Below the pieces are notes generated by a model. The model was not told where the DNA came from and searched no databases. It saw nothing but the letters and a program-made list of their open reading frames with translations. A DNA stretch of 64,000 nucleotides from Marsupella aquatica (lineage: Eukaryota; Plantae; Marchantiophyta). A program made the position numbers and the translations under genes. The stretch spans positions 4,426,944 to 4,490,943 of the forward strand of contig OZ316894.1 of assembly GCA_973895155.1 (NCBI GenBank), in the 5' to 3' direction. Each line of letters opens with the position of its first letter. Within the stretch, counting starts at the first letter, position 1. Shown here piece after piece: positions 1 through 12,036 of this stretch.

Positions 1-499
1 CAGGCACGACCACAGCAGAATCCGGATATAAGGAAGGAGAGTCGATCCGGCCTCTCACACCTCTCAAAGCCGAACTTAGTAGGTTTTGAGCTCCCGAGTG
101 CATTAGGCTGTTTAAGCAGTAGAGTGAGGAGGCTCTACCCTTTTGGTAGAGGATCTTGGGTCCGGATTATAGGACCAATCTTGCATTGCATGATGAGAGC
201 CTGGATATGAGGGTACTGACTGATTCGTTGTGAGGGGAATGCCTACTCCACCGCTGGAAGTGAAGGCAGGAAGTTTGAGATCCTGATCGTGGATACATCG
301 GTTGTGAGAAGGGAGGTCAGGTCGACCCGAACATCACCATTGCAGGCCCGATTGAGTCCAGATTTTCCCCACGTTAGATGACCCTGCATTGTGGTTGATG
401 AAATCTTGATGCAATTCTTCCAAAACAATTTTCAGTTGATCAGAAACACTGCGGCCAGGTCGACCCGGACATTTCTACCAGTGGTCGACACCGAAGCGA

Positions 500-2349
500 T
501 TGAATATTCTGAAGTTGCAGAATTGTAGAGCTTGTCGTAGAGGAGGCAGAACATTTACCAGAAATCAATTTTCTGCTTCCAGAAATTCTATGGAGCAAGG
601 GGCGGATCCAGTCGGAATGTCCACTTCTCGCGTCTCTAAGGGGCATTCAACCTCAACATCACCTGCACCTACTCCAGTTAAAGCCCCTGTGAGACGATCG
701 AAGAGAAAGGAGGTCCCTATTGCCATAAAAATTCTGAGGCCAGCTATTCCGGATAGTGAAGCTGAGAAGGTTAAACTGAGGGAGTCTTTGCTCAGGATGG
801 GCTGTGAGTCTCTGATGGAGCTACCTTGGAGTTATCAGAGCGAAGATATGATCAGAGAGATCCGATCTAAGGAGTATCCGGCTGAGTTTAAGGATACCTC
901 CAGAGGCCGACCTGAGCGATGGACTCAGATGATGATTGCAGGAGCTTTTGTATTGGAAGATGAAGGAGAAGGTCCAGTGGGGAGGGCTGTCAATCTAATC
1001 CTTCCTTACTTCAAAGGAGCCATCAACAGTAAGGACGGGTTCAATGTTTCTAAGTGTTTGGATCCTGATCTGAGACGAGTCTTCAGCTTTCTGCTACCCC
1101 TGCTGTACCCTGAGAAGCCAAGAAGAGTTACTGTTGGAGTTGGCTCTACCATTGTTGTTGCTTACAAGGGAGAAAGAAAAGTCAACTGGGCTAAGCTTAT
1201 CTTTGATTTGATAAGGAAGTTGGTACAGAACCTGTCCAACAAGAGTCCTACTCCCTCTCCTACTACCTGGTACATCTATATAGCTTTGAAGGAGTTTTGT
1301 TCAGAGAGGAGAAGAAATTACTATTGGCCAAGTACAACTTCATCAAGTATGGAGAGACAGATCCAGATATCACCCAGGCCACCTCTGATGACAGTGAGGA
1401 TGAGGAGCCAGCAGAGACAAATCCTCGAAAGACCCGGTCTGCTGCCCGGAACCTCGACCCGGACTTTTCCGACCAGGCCTTCGTCGACCCGGCTGAATTT
1501 CCGGATGCACCCGGCCATGCCTCCCTAGACATCCTAGCTGATTTCCAGATCATCTCAGACACATTCCAGAAGGTGAAGAGGAAGACCACTGTGATGGAGA
1601 AGACCACTGTGATGGAGAAGGCCATCACTGACATTTCTCAGAAGTTAGGAGTGAAACCAGGGCAGATTCTTGAGGAGATCTCCACCATGAGTGATGCCAC
1701 AGATAAGAGGAAGTTAGAGAAGGAGAATGAGTTCCTCAAGAAGAAGGTATCTGAACTCAAACAACAGTTGGAAAGGAGTAAGAAGAAGAATGAGCTTGAG
1801 CATACTCTCCAACTCAGTATCACTCAATCTTTGGATCTGATTGAGCCTTTGACTAAGATAGCTTCTCTGGATCTTCTTAAGGCCCAAATTTATGATGAGT
1901 ATTTGGCCAAGAACACCACACCCATCCTTTTCTCCAAGATTAACCATTTAGTGGTAGATGTGAGTACCAAGGTGGATGATGCACTTACAAGCCTCTCAAA
2001 GACCTGTGAAGCCTTAAGGGAGATGAGTGACTTGACTACAGAGGAGCTATTAGCTGATACTGAGATTCCTTCCTTTACTACCAGATCTTTCTCTCCTAGT
2101 CCTCATGAAGGAGTCTATTCCACTAGCCCCTCATCACCCCTCAACCCTCCTAGTTTCCCCACTCCCAGTACACACTTCCACTCCCATTCTTACACCTATT
2201 CTCATGACCCAAGTGCCCATCAGGAGAACATGGATATTGACCCGTCCATCCCTTTTACCACTGGCCAGCAGGGAGTTTTCCTTCGACTAGAACCCCTTGC
2301 CATGGCTAACCCTGAGGAGATTCCTTCCCAAAAACTAGGACCAGAATAG
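500..2349 (+). pseudogene. Retrotransposon accessory (extra-ORF/env-like) protein with a C-terminal coiled coil, split by one frameshift near 1255-1297
   Basis: ORFs 500-1528 and 1297-2349 overlap in different frames. The N-terminal part has LPW...W...KDG...C...R...FL.PLLYPEKP...VNWAKLIF, a motif series I recognise from bryophyte TE-associated proteins. The C-terminal part is heptad-rich (KRKLEKENEFLKKKVSELKQQLE). An in-frame 18-bp duplication lies at about 1581-1620. No introns. Confidence 0.6.
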
Positions 2350-3330
2350 AGTTATATTTAGAGAGTTAGAGCCACATTAGTTTAGACTTAAAAATAACTA
2401 TATAGATTAGTATATGAGTAAGTAGACTCCAGTATTTTGTTGATGTATCCATTGGAGACTCTACTCCATTTTTGACTAGGATAGTTCACTTTTATTTACA
2501 TATTTCTTTAGACTTGGGTTTTGAAGAGGCATGTCTTTTCATAATCTCCACTTTTAGTACAAAAGGAGGAGAACCCAAAGTCAACACAGGAGAAAAAAAT
2601 ATACATTTGATTTCCTCATTGCCTTTGAAGGAATCTATGTCTTTCTTCCCTTCTTTTTACCATGGTTGAGTAAAAGGAAGAAGTTTTAGCAACCCTTGAG
2701 TTGTTGTGAAGTGTTCAATGAATGCTAGAGTGTGCCTTAATGATATTGAAAGATCAATGAGATTTGTGATCAATACATTTGGAAGATTCACCAAAGAGGA
2801 AATTGACATTTGCACAAAACTCAAACAAATCTTAAGGATTGTAGGAGAAGTAAACCAATTCGAGTATCCTAGTACCGTCTTAAGCAAGACCAGAAAAGTG
2901 TCCCGGGTTGATTTACATTGTTGTCTTCTAAATTCAAGAGATGGAGAAGAGTTGCTATGAGAAATCAAAAAGCATAGAAAATGTTGATTTCTGAATCTTA
3001 AATATATTAGGCCATAATCCTTATTGAAGGAGTGGTGATGGTCAGAAATTCAATTCCCTTGCACTTTGAAAACTCCTATCTACTCTCTCTCTAGTTTCAA
3101 TCTTTGTTAATTCTAGTCTTTATTATTGCACTGTGAATCCTAAGGATTACCCACTTGAGTTTGTGGTTAAACACTTATGTTAAGGAGATCATTAGAAATC
3201 TCTCCAACCTAAGAATGTTGGTGTAAACTTCTCAAATTGTGTTAATTCAGTCTTTTCGATCTTATCCACTCCTAACCGGAACGAAATCGAGTTGTTAAGG
3301 AGTAAATAGTCATTTATCTCTTTATCACCT
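2350..3330 (+). mobile_element. Probable 3' UTR and truncated LTR of the retroelement carrying the 500-2349 ORF
   Basis: Several purine-rich PPT-like tracts (caaaaggaggaga ~2559; caccaaagaggaaatTG ~2790-2806), reminiscent of SIRE/Maximus-type elements. Cut at 3331 by another LTR. Boundaries uncertain. Confidence 0.35.
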
Positions 3331-4500
3331 TGCTATAGGAACCAGAACCCACGCCCACTGTCCGTCTGGGACAGCTCCTTCCTTGGGCGCGGCCCGGGTT
3401 CCCCCTCGTACCTATCCATCACCAACTGACCGCCCTGACCTCAGGACATGCTCATGGCCCAAATAGCGTAGCTTGTCCTAAAGCTTGTCTCAACACGCCG
3501 GGACCATAATGACCCCGACTCTAACACCAACTCCCGGTTTGCCCCACTGATGGTCCAGGGACCGAGCGCCCTAGGGACTCAGTCTCCATGCCTACTTGGC
3601 CTTGCCTCCCCAACGCAAGCTCCCTTGGGAGGCTGAACGCGGCTTGGCTGCTGTTCGGCAGGATTTGGCAAACGGGCGAGCTAACACCCGTAAACCACGA
3701 GAACCCATGGCGCCCCCAGACCCAGCTGAGCTCAAGAGGGCGTAGCCCTCCTCAAGAGCTTCCCAACAAACCTAGGAAGTCCTCCAACGGACTTCCTGTT
3801 GGGAAGATATCGTCATTTCCGTTTGGCGGTTTCCCTTAGTGTCGCGACCGCCGCGGCTCACGACTTCGGCTCGCCCTTAGCCCTTAGGGAGACACCACTC
3901 CCCTCATATATGCTTCTGGAGACCTGCCACCCCCGGACCAACTTTGGTCCCTAAACATTTGGCCCCCAACCCGGATCCCATCGCGCATAATGGGCGTGCC
4001 ACAAACTGGCAACGCCCATAACTTACTTGATAGGCATCCACAAGCGGAGTGCCTTAGCCCGTTGTGACCGGGACAACCCAGTGCTCATGCCTAGGCCCTC
4101 AGGTCTGATAGCCGCTCGGGACCCCCGACCGGCCCAACCCAGCTCGGGCCATAACTTGCGCCCCAAGCTTCCGTTGCCAATGGCGTCAACTCCATTGGCC
4201 TTGGGCCCAAGAGGAGCTCACTTCCAAGCCCTCAGAACTCAAAGCCCATCCGATGGTCCGGACGGTCATCCATGAGCCCGGCCCATTTCCCCTTGACCCG
4301 ACCAGCCATAGGCTAGTCCAAGTCCTTAGTTTGTGTCCCCAGCTTGGCCCCTTGCCTCGCCAGTGCCACATCTCATTGCCCACAAGTCTCCCCATGCTAA
4401 GTCCTCCCCGGATGGCCTATCCGGGCCTGGACCATAAGGGAGCTCGGCGTCGGAGTCAACGACGCCGGAGCTAAGTGTTAAGGTAGTCGAGTTCCGTGAC
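3331..4500 (-). mobile_element. GC-rich Gypsy-type LTR (about 1.17 kb), family also present at 57666-58261
   Basis: Ends in ...ggttcctatagCA on the minus strand and has a TATA-like catatatg at ~3905. Region 3905-4500 is clearly homologous, inverted, to 57666-58261. No matching TSD: the two flanks belong to different elements. Confidence 0.65.
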
Positions 4501-7500
4501 TTTGTCACTCAAAGATTGCAACTCCCTCTGCATTGCTGCATTCCACTCATGCTTCTGCTCTGAAGCGAGCTCTGAAGCATAAGCCTCATTGTACGAAGAA
4601 GGCTCTCCTTCTTCCAAGATCAAAGCCATATCATCATCATCAGGTGCAATGTCAATATCATCTAGCTTAGATGAGTCTGCCCATTGACCATACTTGGTAG
4701 GAGTTCTAGTAGAATGACTGGAAGTTCTTCTAGTAGATGACTCAAGCTGATCTGCTGCTGCTGGTTGAATTTGATGTACCCCAACAACAATTTTCTCCTC
4801 TTGTTCCATCACAGGAACCAGCTCCAAGCCCAAAGCTTCTCCATCTCTCCTGTCATGAATAGCATCATGACTAATCTTCCCCTCAACCCGGTCTGGGATG
4901 GAAGTATGGGAGTCCTGAGAACTCTCCCCCTCATTTGATGAACTGGATTCATTAAAGGAAACATCTCTACTAACAATTAGTTTATAGGTTACTAGATCCC
5001 ATAACCTATAACCCTTCACACCTTTCTGATAGCCAAGGAAAATGCACTTCTTCGACTTGGACTCCAACTTGGATCAAACCTGGGAAGGTGTAAGCACATA
5101 AGCATCACATCCAAAAATCCTTAGATGTGAGTAATCTGCTGGACGCCCGTACCTTGAGCATTTCAAATGGCGTCTTGAATCCAATAGAACTGGATGGAGA
5201 AAAGTTTACCAAATAAGCTGCAGTGTTGACAGCTTCAGCCCAAAACTCATGTAGTACAAGCATGATTGACTCAACATACTCCTTGAGCGGTCCAATAGTG
5301 TTTGGTTGAGTCTCTCAGAAACATCATTCTGTTGAGGAGTATAACTTGTTGTGAGATTGCGGGTAATCCCCTGGTCCTTACAATACGTTCTAAATTCCCC
5401 AGAATTCATCATCGTTATTCAATCAAAGATATCTCACCTTATTACCAGTCTGATTCTCAACTTGGGCTTTTCACTCCTTAAAAGCGGTAAAAACATCAGA
5501 CTTACTGTGTAGAAAGTATATCCACACATATCTTGAATAATCGTCTATGAACGTGACATAGTATAACCATCCAGAATATGAGGGAGTAGGGGTTGGACCC
5601 CACACATCACTATGTACATACTCAAGTACCTCCTTGCTGGTGTGAGTTCCAACTCCGAAGGGTTTTATGTGCTACTTCCCAAGCACACAGTGCTCACAGA
5701 ATTCCAACTTACAAGACTGCAAATTAGAAAGTAATCTTTTTTTCTGAAGAATAGCCAAACCTTTTTTACTCATGTGGCCCAAACAAAAGTGCCACAGCCG
5801 GGCCGTCTCCTCATTGGCTTCATCACAGACTACAGTGCCCTTCAAATGTATAGATTGTTATGTCTCTTTCCCTTCAATATAACTTTAGTACCAGTTGAAA
5901 TCTGAAGGACACCATTAACAGAACTCCACTAATGGCCATTTGAAACTCCAAGTGAAATGAGATTTTTCATCATGCTGGGAATATGTCTCACATTCCTCAA
6001 CGTTCTCGCAGCACCATCAAATATTTGAAATCTAATAGATCCAAGTCCAACTACTTGACATGGGATATTATTTCCCATCAACATTGACCCGTTGGATACC
6101 GTGTAAGAACTGAAAAATCTCTCCTAGAGCAAATGTGAAAAGTACATGCACTATCTAGAATCCAGTCATCACTACCTAGATTTGACACTACGTTGAGAGC
6201 ATAACCTTGGCATCACAATATGTCATCATCGTCAAGAAAATCTACCTCATGCGAGCTCGATGTCGCGTTAGCTGATGGAGTAGGGTCCTTTACTCGACAA
6301 TCCCTTTTCATGTGGCCAGGCTTGCCACATCTCCAACATGCAAGAGCTAGGCTTCATCTCTTGCGATTTTCCTCTGGATTTAGATCTCCTCCGTGATGTA
6401 GATCTAAACCTGTTCTGCCCATTTGTGCGCTACGCTGGTCTTCCACGGTTCACGTTCAGCGCAGTGCCAGAAGAAGATGCTGTCTGTGATTGACCCAACT
6501 TCTTCTGAGCATCATCAGACAGTAAAGAGCTCATCACCTCATTATACGAAATAGTCTTCAGATCTCTATACAAGAGCACATGTTTCAAGCCCTGATATGA
6601 CGGTGGTAAGGAGCTTAGCAGAAGCAAGGCCTTATCCTCATCTTCAACTCCCTTTCCCAAGTTTGACAGATCCACTGCAAGACTGTCAAACTCATCCAGG
6701 TGATCTTGCAGCTTGCTACCTTTCTTGAGCCTAAGGCTCATCAAGAGACACTTTTTGTACAGCCGGCCTGACGCATCTTCCCGGTAGTACTTCTCTCTAA
6801 AGGCCTTGAACAGTGACGCGCAATCCGCATAATCATCCAGCTTCTTGATGATGTGTGGCTTGAGATAAAGCATCACTACATTGACAGCAATCACCTACTC
6901 CTATCTCCACTACTTCTCTGAGATCTCCTCTTCTCCATCATACTGCTCTCGCGAAGAGAGCAGATGAGCTAAGCCCATGGCCCAAAGAACACCCTTCACT
7001 TGCTTCTTCCATAGCAAGTAATCAGTACGACCATCGTACTTCTCCACCTCAAACTTCACTCCTCCAAATCTAGCCATCTCTCTCTTCTTCCCCACTACCG
7101 ATAGCTCTAGTAGTAGTACAGCTTCCTCCACTGCACGCCGCACCGCTGATATTAGTTTCTCCTCAAATGGTAGCAGCTCCTCCTCAGACTCACCGTCTGA
7201 TCATTGCAATCCTGAAGCTCCACCGATGCCAATTCTTATAGTATCCTCGGAGTCACTCATATGAAACAATCACGAAAAAATGTCTTTTTTTGAAACTTCT
7301 CATAAAACTCAAAACTCAACATCGCCGCGTAGTCCACGAAGGTAGGAGTCCAATACTGAAAGCCAAAATCAAAATCAAAATTCGACGGAAAAGTTATTCA
7401 AATTTCGATCGGGGTGGGTAAAACCTTGGGAAACTCCCCCGTTTTGACCACCTCAGAGAATAACTGAAATACCTAGTACAACCCGTCGTCGGAATTGCGA

Positions 7501-7905
7501 TGTGATTGGTGCGCGGCGTTGCCAACTTCAGTGGCTACGACCTCGGCAAAAAAGATACCACTTGTTGAGCATAGACGACATTTGCAACGGCAAGCCCATG
7601 AACCATCCAACGCACAATAGTCGACACAAAGAGATACATGGTTCACCTCCATATGAGGCTACGTCCACGGGAATACACAAGAGCTTTACTGCACTCTAGG
7701 CCAACCGGCTATACCAAGCATCCACAGCGCAAGCTCTCCCTATTTCTCAACTAGCTCTGTAACAATGAGCCTAAGTTCCACCAGGGTCTGGCTCAGCCCT
7801 GGCTTAATACACAACAACACTACCGCTAACATTAGCTAAGTCTTAACCCAAGTTAGACTATCTGTGGCTAGCTCATGAGTCACAAGACTAGAGCAATATC
7901 TAAAA
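4501..7905 (-). mobile_element. 3'-truncated Ty1/Copia retrotransposon (5' LTR 7563-7905, gag-PR-INT, cut just before RT)
   Basis: Gag (VEKYDGRTDY; UBN2-like LLLLSSLPPSY), zinc knuckle, GAG-pre-integrase and integrase (YTPQQNDVSER; KCIFLGY). LTR is homologous to 9967-10300. A PBS remnant TGGTATC lies at 7554-7560. Many stops and frameshifts. Confidence 0.93.
7563..7905 (-). repeat. Diverged 5' LTR of the truncated Copia copy
   Basis: The reverse complement begins ...gatattgctc-tagtcttgtgactc and ends ...gctcaaCA next to the PBS, matching both ends of the 334-bp LTR family. Confidence 0.8.
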
Positions 7906-8680
7906 ATAAATTCATCATTTCAATTCATTCTATGAACAAAAGCCAATTCAAATATCCCCTAATTTCTACATGCCAATAATGTCCAAAATTACCTGCGCAA
8001 TTGTTGGCTCAGGAATATCAGAATTTCTTCTCTGAATGAGCTGAGAAAAGTAATGACTATTAAGAAAATGTCAAATGGAGCTAGGTGGTGACACCTAATA
8101 AGGATTCTATGATCTCAAAATGTGTGAACAACCTCAGATGCAATAAACTGAATAAATTGAGAAGTGGAAAGCAAGACCAAAATTTCCAAAGACTAACCTG
8201 TGCAGAGGGTCTTCCTTTCAATGATCTTTGTGTAAATGCTACAAGGTCGCTTAACTTGACTCACAAAGTTATCAGTCAATACATTTTTCAAATTGGCAAC
8301 ATGAGGCTTAGTTCTTCTCCTTACAAAATCCTCAATGAAGTTATTAGATGTTCTATAGAAGACACAGTTCCAATACAAGGATGAAATGACAGGCCTCTTT
8401 CTCCAACTATAGGACTCCAGAAACTTCCATGGTCCACAAAAAGCTATGGTGGCACATGAGGTCTAGGCACACATGATCACCAAAAAGCTATGCTGGCAAA
8501 TGGAGCAAGGGCATAGAATTTTACTAATATCTTGAGATGGGGCTCCAAAAGGTCATGGAGTATCAAGTTTGCTAGGCATTGAATGACATTATGGCATGCT
8601 ACTACTATGGTAGAAATGTGACTAACTGAACAGCTCAAAGTAGTTATGATTTTTTTTAATTTATAATTTTAATAATTTTC

Positions 8681-8942
8681 TGGGATCAAATTAGGCATTT
8701 TATTAGAAAGTGAATGACTCACTCATCCATACATTTTGGATCATTCGAAGCAAATTGGTCATTCGAATTCTTTCTTTCATGGAATTGAGGTATGTTAACG
8801 TAGTTAGTCATTTTGGGATCAAATTAGGCATTTTATTAGAAAGTGAATGACTCACTCACCCATACATTTTGGATCATCCGAAGAAAATTGGTCATTTGGA
8901 AGCTTTCTTTCATGAAATTGAGTTATGTTACAGTACTTAGTC
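8681..8942. repeat. Tandem duplication, about 133-bp unit x2
   Basis: tgggatcaaattaggcattttattagaaagtgaatgactcactc... occurs at 8681 and ~8814. Confidence 0.85.
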
Positions 8943-9966
8943 AAAGGCTAGCAATAATTTGTTATTGCCGTCTAGATGTCAAAGGTCCCTCAAAATCTCT
9001 TGGAAGCCAACCTTGACTTTCTTCATGTTCTCCTGGTGGTACAGTGTCACAGAAACTTCAAATACTTCAAATCAGTAAATCAGAACCTACAAATCTCCTT
9101 ACTCAAATCCCTTCCCCATCACGACAACGAGTACTACTGAGTACTGGAATGGTTTATTTAGTTGATATCATTGGTTAATTTGTTCAATACTTGCACTTGC
9201 CCATTTGGGAGCGTTTTACCAATTGTCCCTAGGGCAAGTTTTCAAATCTCCTCTAAAGGCAAATTTAGCTCATGGGTGGAAATTTTGGATATCTCCAAGT
9301 CTAATTGCATCATTAAGGATGAATATTGTCTGGCTGCGAGCCAGTGCCCTGATGGTCATAGACCTCGTCTTCACTTTGGCAGCAATGGCATCGCACACCT
9401 GCTTTGTGATTTGCAGTTTTGATTGATACTCCGCAAAAAATTTCACAACGGATTTCGGGTTATGTTCTGGAGCATTGAAATCGACAGGAGGGAGAATATT
9501 AAATTGCACGGAACAGAACACCTTATGCTCTTCAACAACCAAAGCATCTCGTTGCTGTGACAAAGAAGCACACGCTGAGGTGACGATATACAAAATTGGG
9601 GACTGCAAAATGACCTGAAGCAATTCTGCAGCTCCCCTCCTTGGCCTACCTTTAGTAACTCTGTCGGTGTCAACTTGCTTCTCCTTGGTCATGACTTTCA
9701 ACTTCCCTGCACAATGTAACTCTCACTCAACTCGGGGCAATCCAATGATCACTTGGAGTATCAATCGACACAAAAACACCTTTCCCTTACATCCCCGACG
9801 ACAACTCTGGCAGCTTAGCTTAGCTCAACTCAACTCAGCTCAACGCATCTTGCCCCTGAGTGTTCAACCTCTTTTCACTCCTCACCGACTCCAACCTGGA
9901 AAAGCAACACAAACAACAATTTTGTTCTTGCAACCTTCCTCCGATGATTCAAACCAAAGCAATTTT

Positions 9967-10300
9967 TGTTAAGGATTGCTCTTAGTCTTGTGACTCAAAG
10001 GTTACGGCACTTAGGCTAACCACAGTTAGGGTCTTAGCTGAGGTTAGGTTAGTTGTGTGTGTGACCTTGTATATACCAGGGCTAGTGTAAGTCGCTGGTG
10101 GGGGGTGCTTACTGATTGTAACAGAGCAACAGGAGGAAGAGAGAGTGCATGTGTGTTCGTCTACTCTTGAAGTAAAGTTTGAGTGTTCGTGTGGACGTAG
10201 CCTTGGAGAAAAGGTGAACCACGTAAAGATTGTGTCGACTACGTGTGCATGGAATGAATCATGGTTGTATGGTCGTTGCGAATGACGTCTTAGTTCAACA
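9967..10300 (+). repeat. 5' LTR (334 bp)
   Basis: tgttaaggattgctc...tagttcaaca, directly repeated at 16266-16599. Confidence 0.97.
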
Positions 10301-11159
10301 ATTGGTATCATAGCAAGCCTGGGAGGTGACGTTGAGGTGATCAAAATTTTTGTGACGTGTTGATGACGGTTTTTCCAGCGGTTAGAGTCAGCGGATTTCA
10401 CGGAGATCTATTGCATGGAACTTGGAGGTGTTGGGCTCAACGGATAGATCAGGGCAAGGGCTTTCCGACGGTGCAAAGAAATCTTTGAACGGAGTTCATG
10501 GTGCGGAGGAATTCACGTTTCCGTCGTTCTGGATTTTTTGTGATTCGTGTTCGACGGTTTTCTTCGACGGTTCTTTTGGGGGGGAATTGAGATCATTTTC
10601 CTAACGGTGTGAGCTTTGTGGTGTGCAAGGCGTCACAACCTTTAGCTCAAATCGTAGATCGGGCAAAGCTGATCATTTCGGTAGCTGGTTTGCTATCAAG
10701 GGTGTAGTGAGTGTGATGTACCAAGCAAAAGAGCCGTTTTGAGTTTCTGACTGGCTATGGAGTCTTCTTCTGACTGAAGCGGGGTTACTTGTCATTGCGT
10801 TCAACTCGGAGGAAGAAACGGGAAGTGCAACGGCTCAACGGAGAGATCGCGGTGCAGTGGTCGTTTTGAGTCCAAGATTGATACTTGACGCGGAGTGAAG
10901 GAGTCGTGACGGGAATTTTTTGCTCTGCTAGAGTTGCAAACGGTGCCGGTGCAATTCGGTAACATTTCCCGCCGACAACTAGTCTTTATCTGGTGTAAAG
11001 TGATAACGGCAGTGTGAGTAAGCCAACAAATTTAATTTTTGTGCACATTTTGCCTTACAATAGGGCCTTTTTGGTGGTGGGTATACACACCCTCCCGACC
11101 CTTGCACCCCTGTCAATACCCCGTTGGCGACCCCCTCCTCCTCCTCGCTAATACTCCCA

Positions 11160-11342
11160 TCGCGAACGTCCCGGACATCCTGGCCGTCCCAGACGTCACG
11201 GCCGGCGCGAACGTCGCAGCCGGCACGGACGTCCCAGACGTCCCGACCGTCGTGGACGTCGCGGCCGGTGCGGATGTCACAACCGGCACGAACGTCCCAG
11301 ATGTCTCGACCGTCGCAGCCGTCCCGGATGACCCGGCCGTTG
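11160..11342. repeat. GC-rich degenerate 9/18-bp minisatellite in the Copia 5' leader
   Basis: Repeated acgtcccag/ccgtcgcag-type units. They explain the repetitive spurious ORFs in several frames. Confidence 0.8.
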
Positions 11343-12036
11343 CAGCTCCATCCCTGCCCATTTCGACTCGGTTTTTTACTCCCTGGCCCACTATGCACCT
11401 TTTTTAAGACAATATTTTTGTGTTAAGGGGCTTAAACCCCTTAGGCCCGGTTTTTTAATCCTTTCTAGGCTCCTCATTGGTTAAGCGGCATCCCGGGCCC
11501 GGTGACCCACCAAATTAACCGCTTGGACAAGGGGAACGGCCCCCTGTGAGACCTGTTGCACAGTCCAAGGAATATTCCAAAAAAAATAGAGAGCTGTTTT
11601 TTGGCCTTAGTCAAAGATTCCAAGGTTCGAACGGTAATTTTTTTTGGATCTTTTTTGGCGAGAACGTAGCCACTGAAGCTAGCAACGCGGTGCACCACTC
11701 GATTTGAATTTCCGACAACGGGTGGTACTTGGAATTTTTCTTATTCCCCAAGGTGGTCAAAACGGGGAAGAATTTTTGAGTTTTACCCACCTCGACCGAA
11801 ACGTGAAAAAGTTTTTCGTCGGAACTTGATTTCAATTTTGGATTTCAGCGCTGGCTTGCTAGGTTGGTGGGCTAAGTGGCGGTGACAAGTTTCAAGTTTT
11901 TTGGAAAGTTGTGAAAAACAATATTTTTTCATGATTTGGATTTGAGCCCGGATTTGAGTCAACAAGAAGGAAGGAAGGAAAAAGCAAATAGGGAGCAGCA
12001 CAGCAATAGCACGTGGAGAACGTTGGGAGGACAACG

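Noticed and set aside
9982-10401. Minus-strand ORF repeated at 16281-16607
   Set aside because: Antisense frame through the LTR; the duplication simply reflects the LTR pair.
10979-11426. Four overlapping repetitive ORFs
   Set aside because: Produced by the 9/18-bp minisatellite in the Copia leader; no domain signal.
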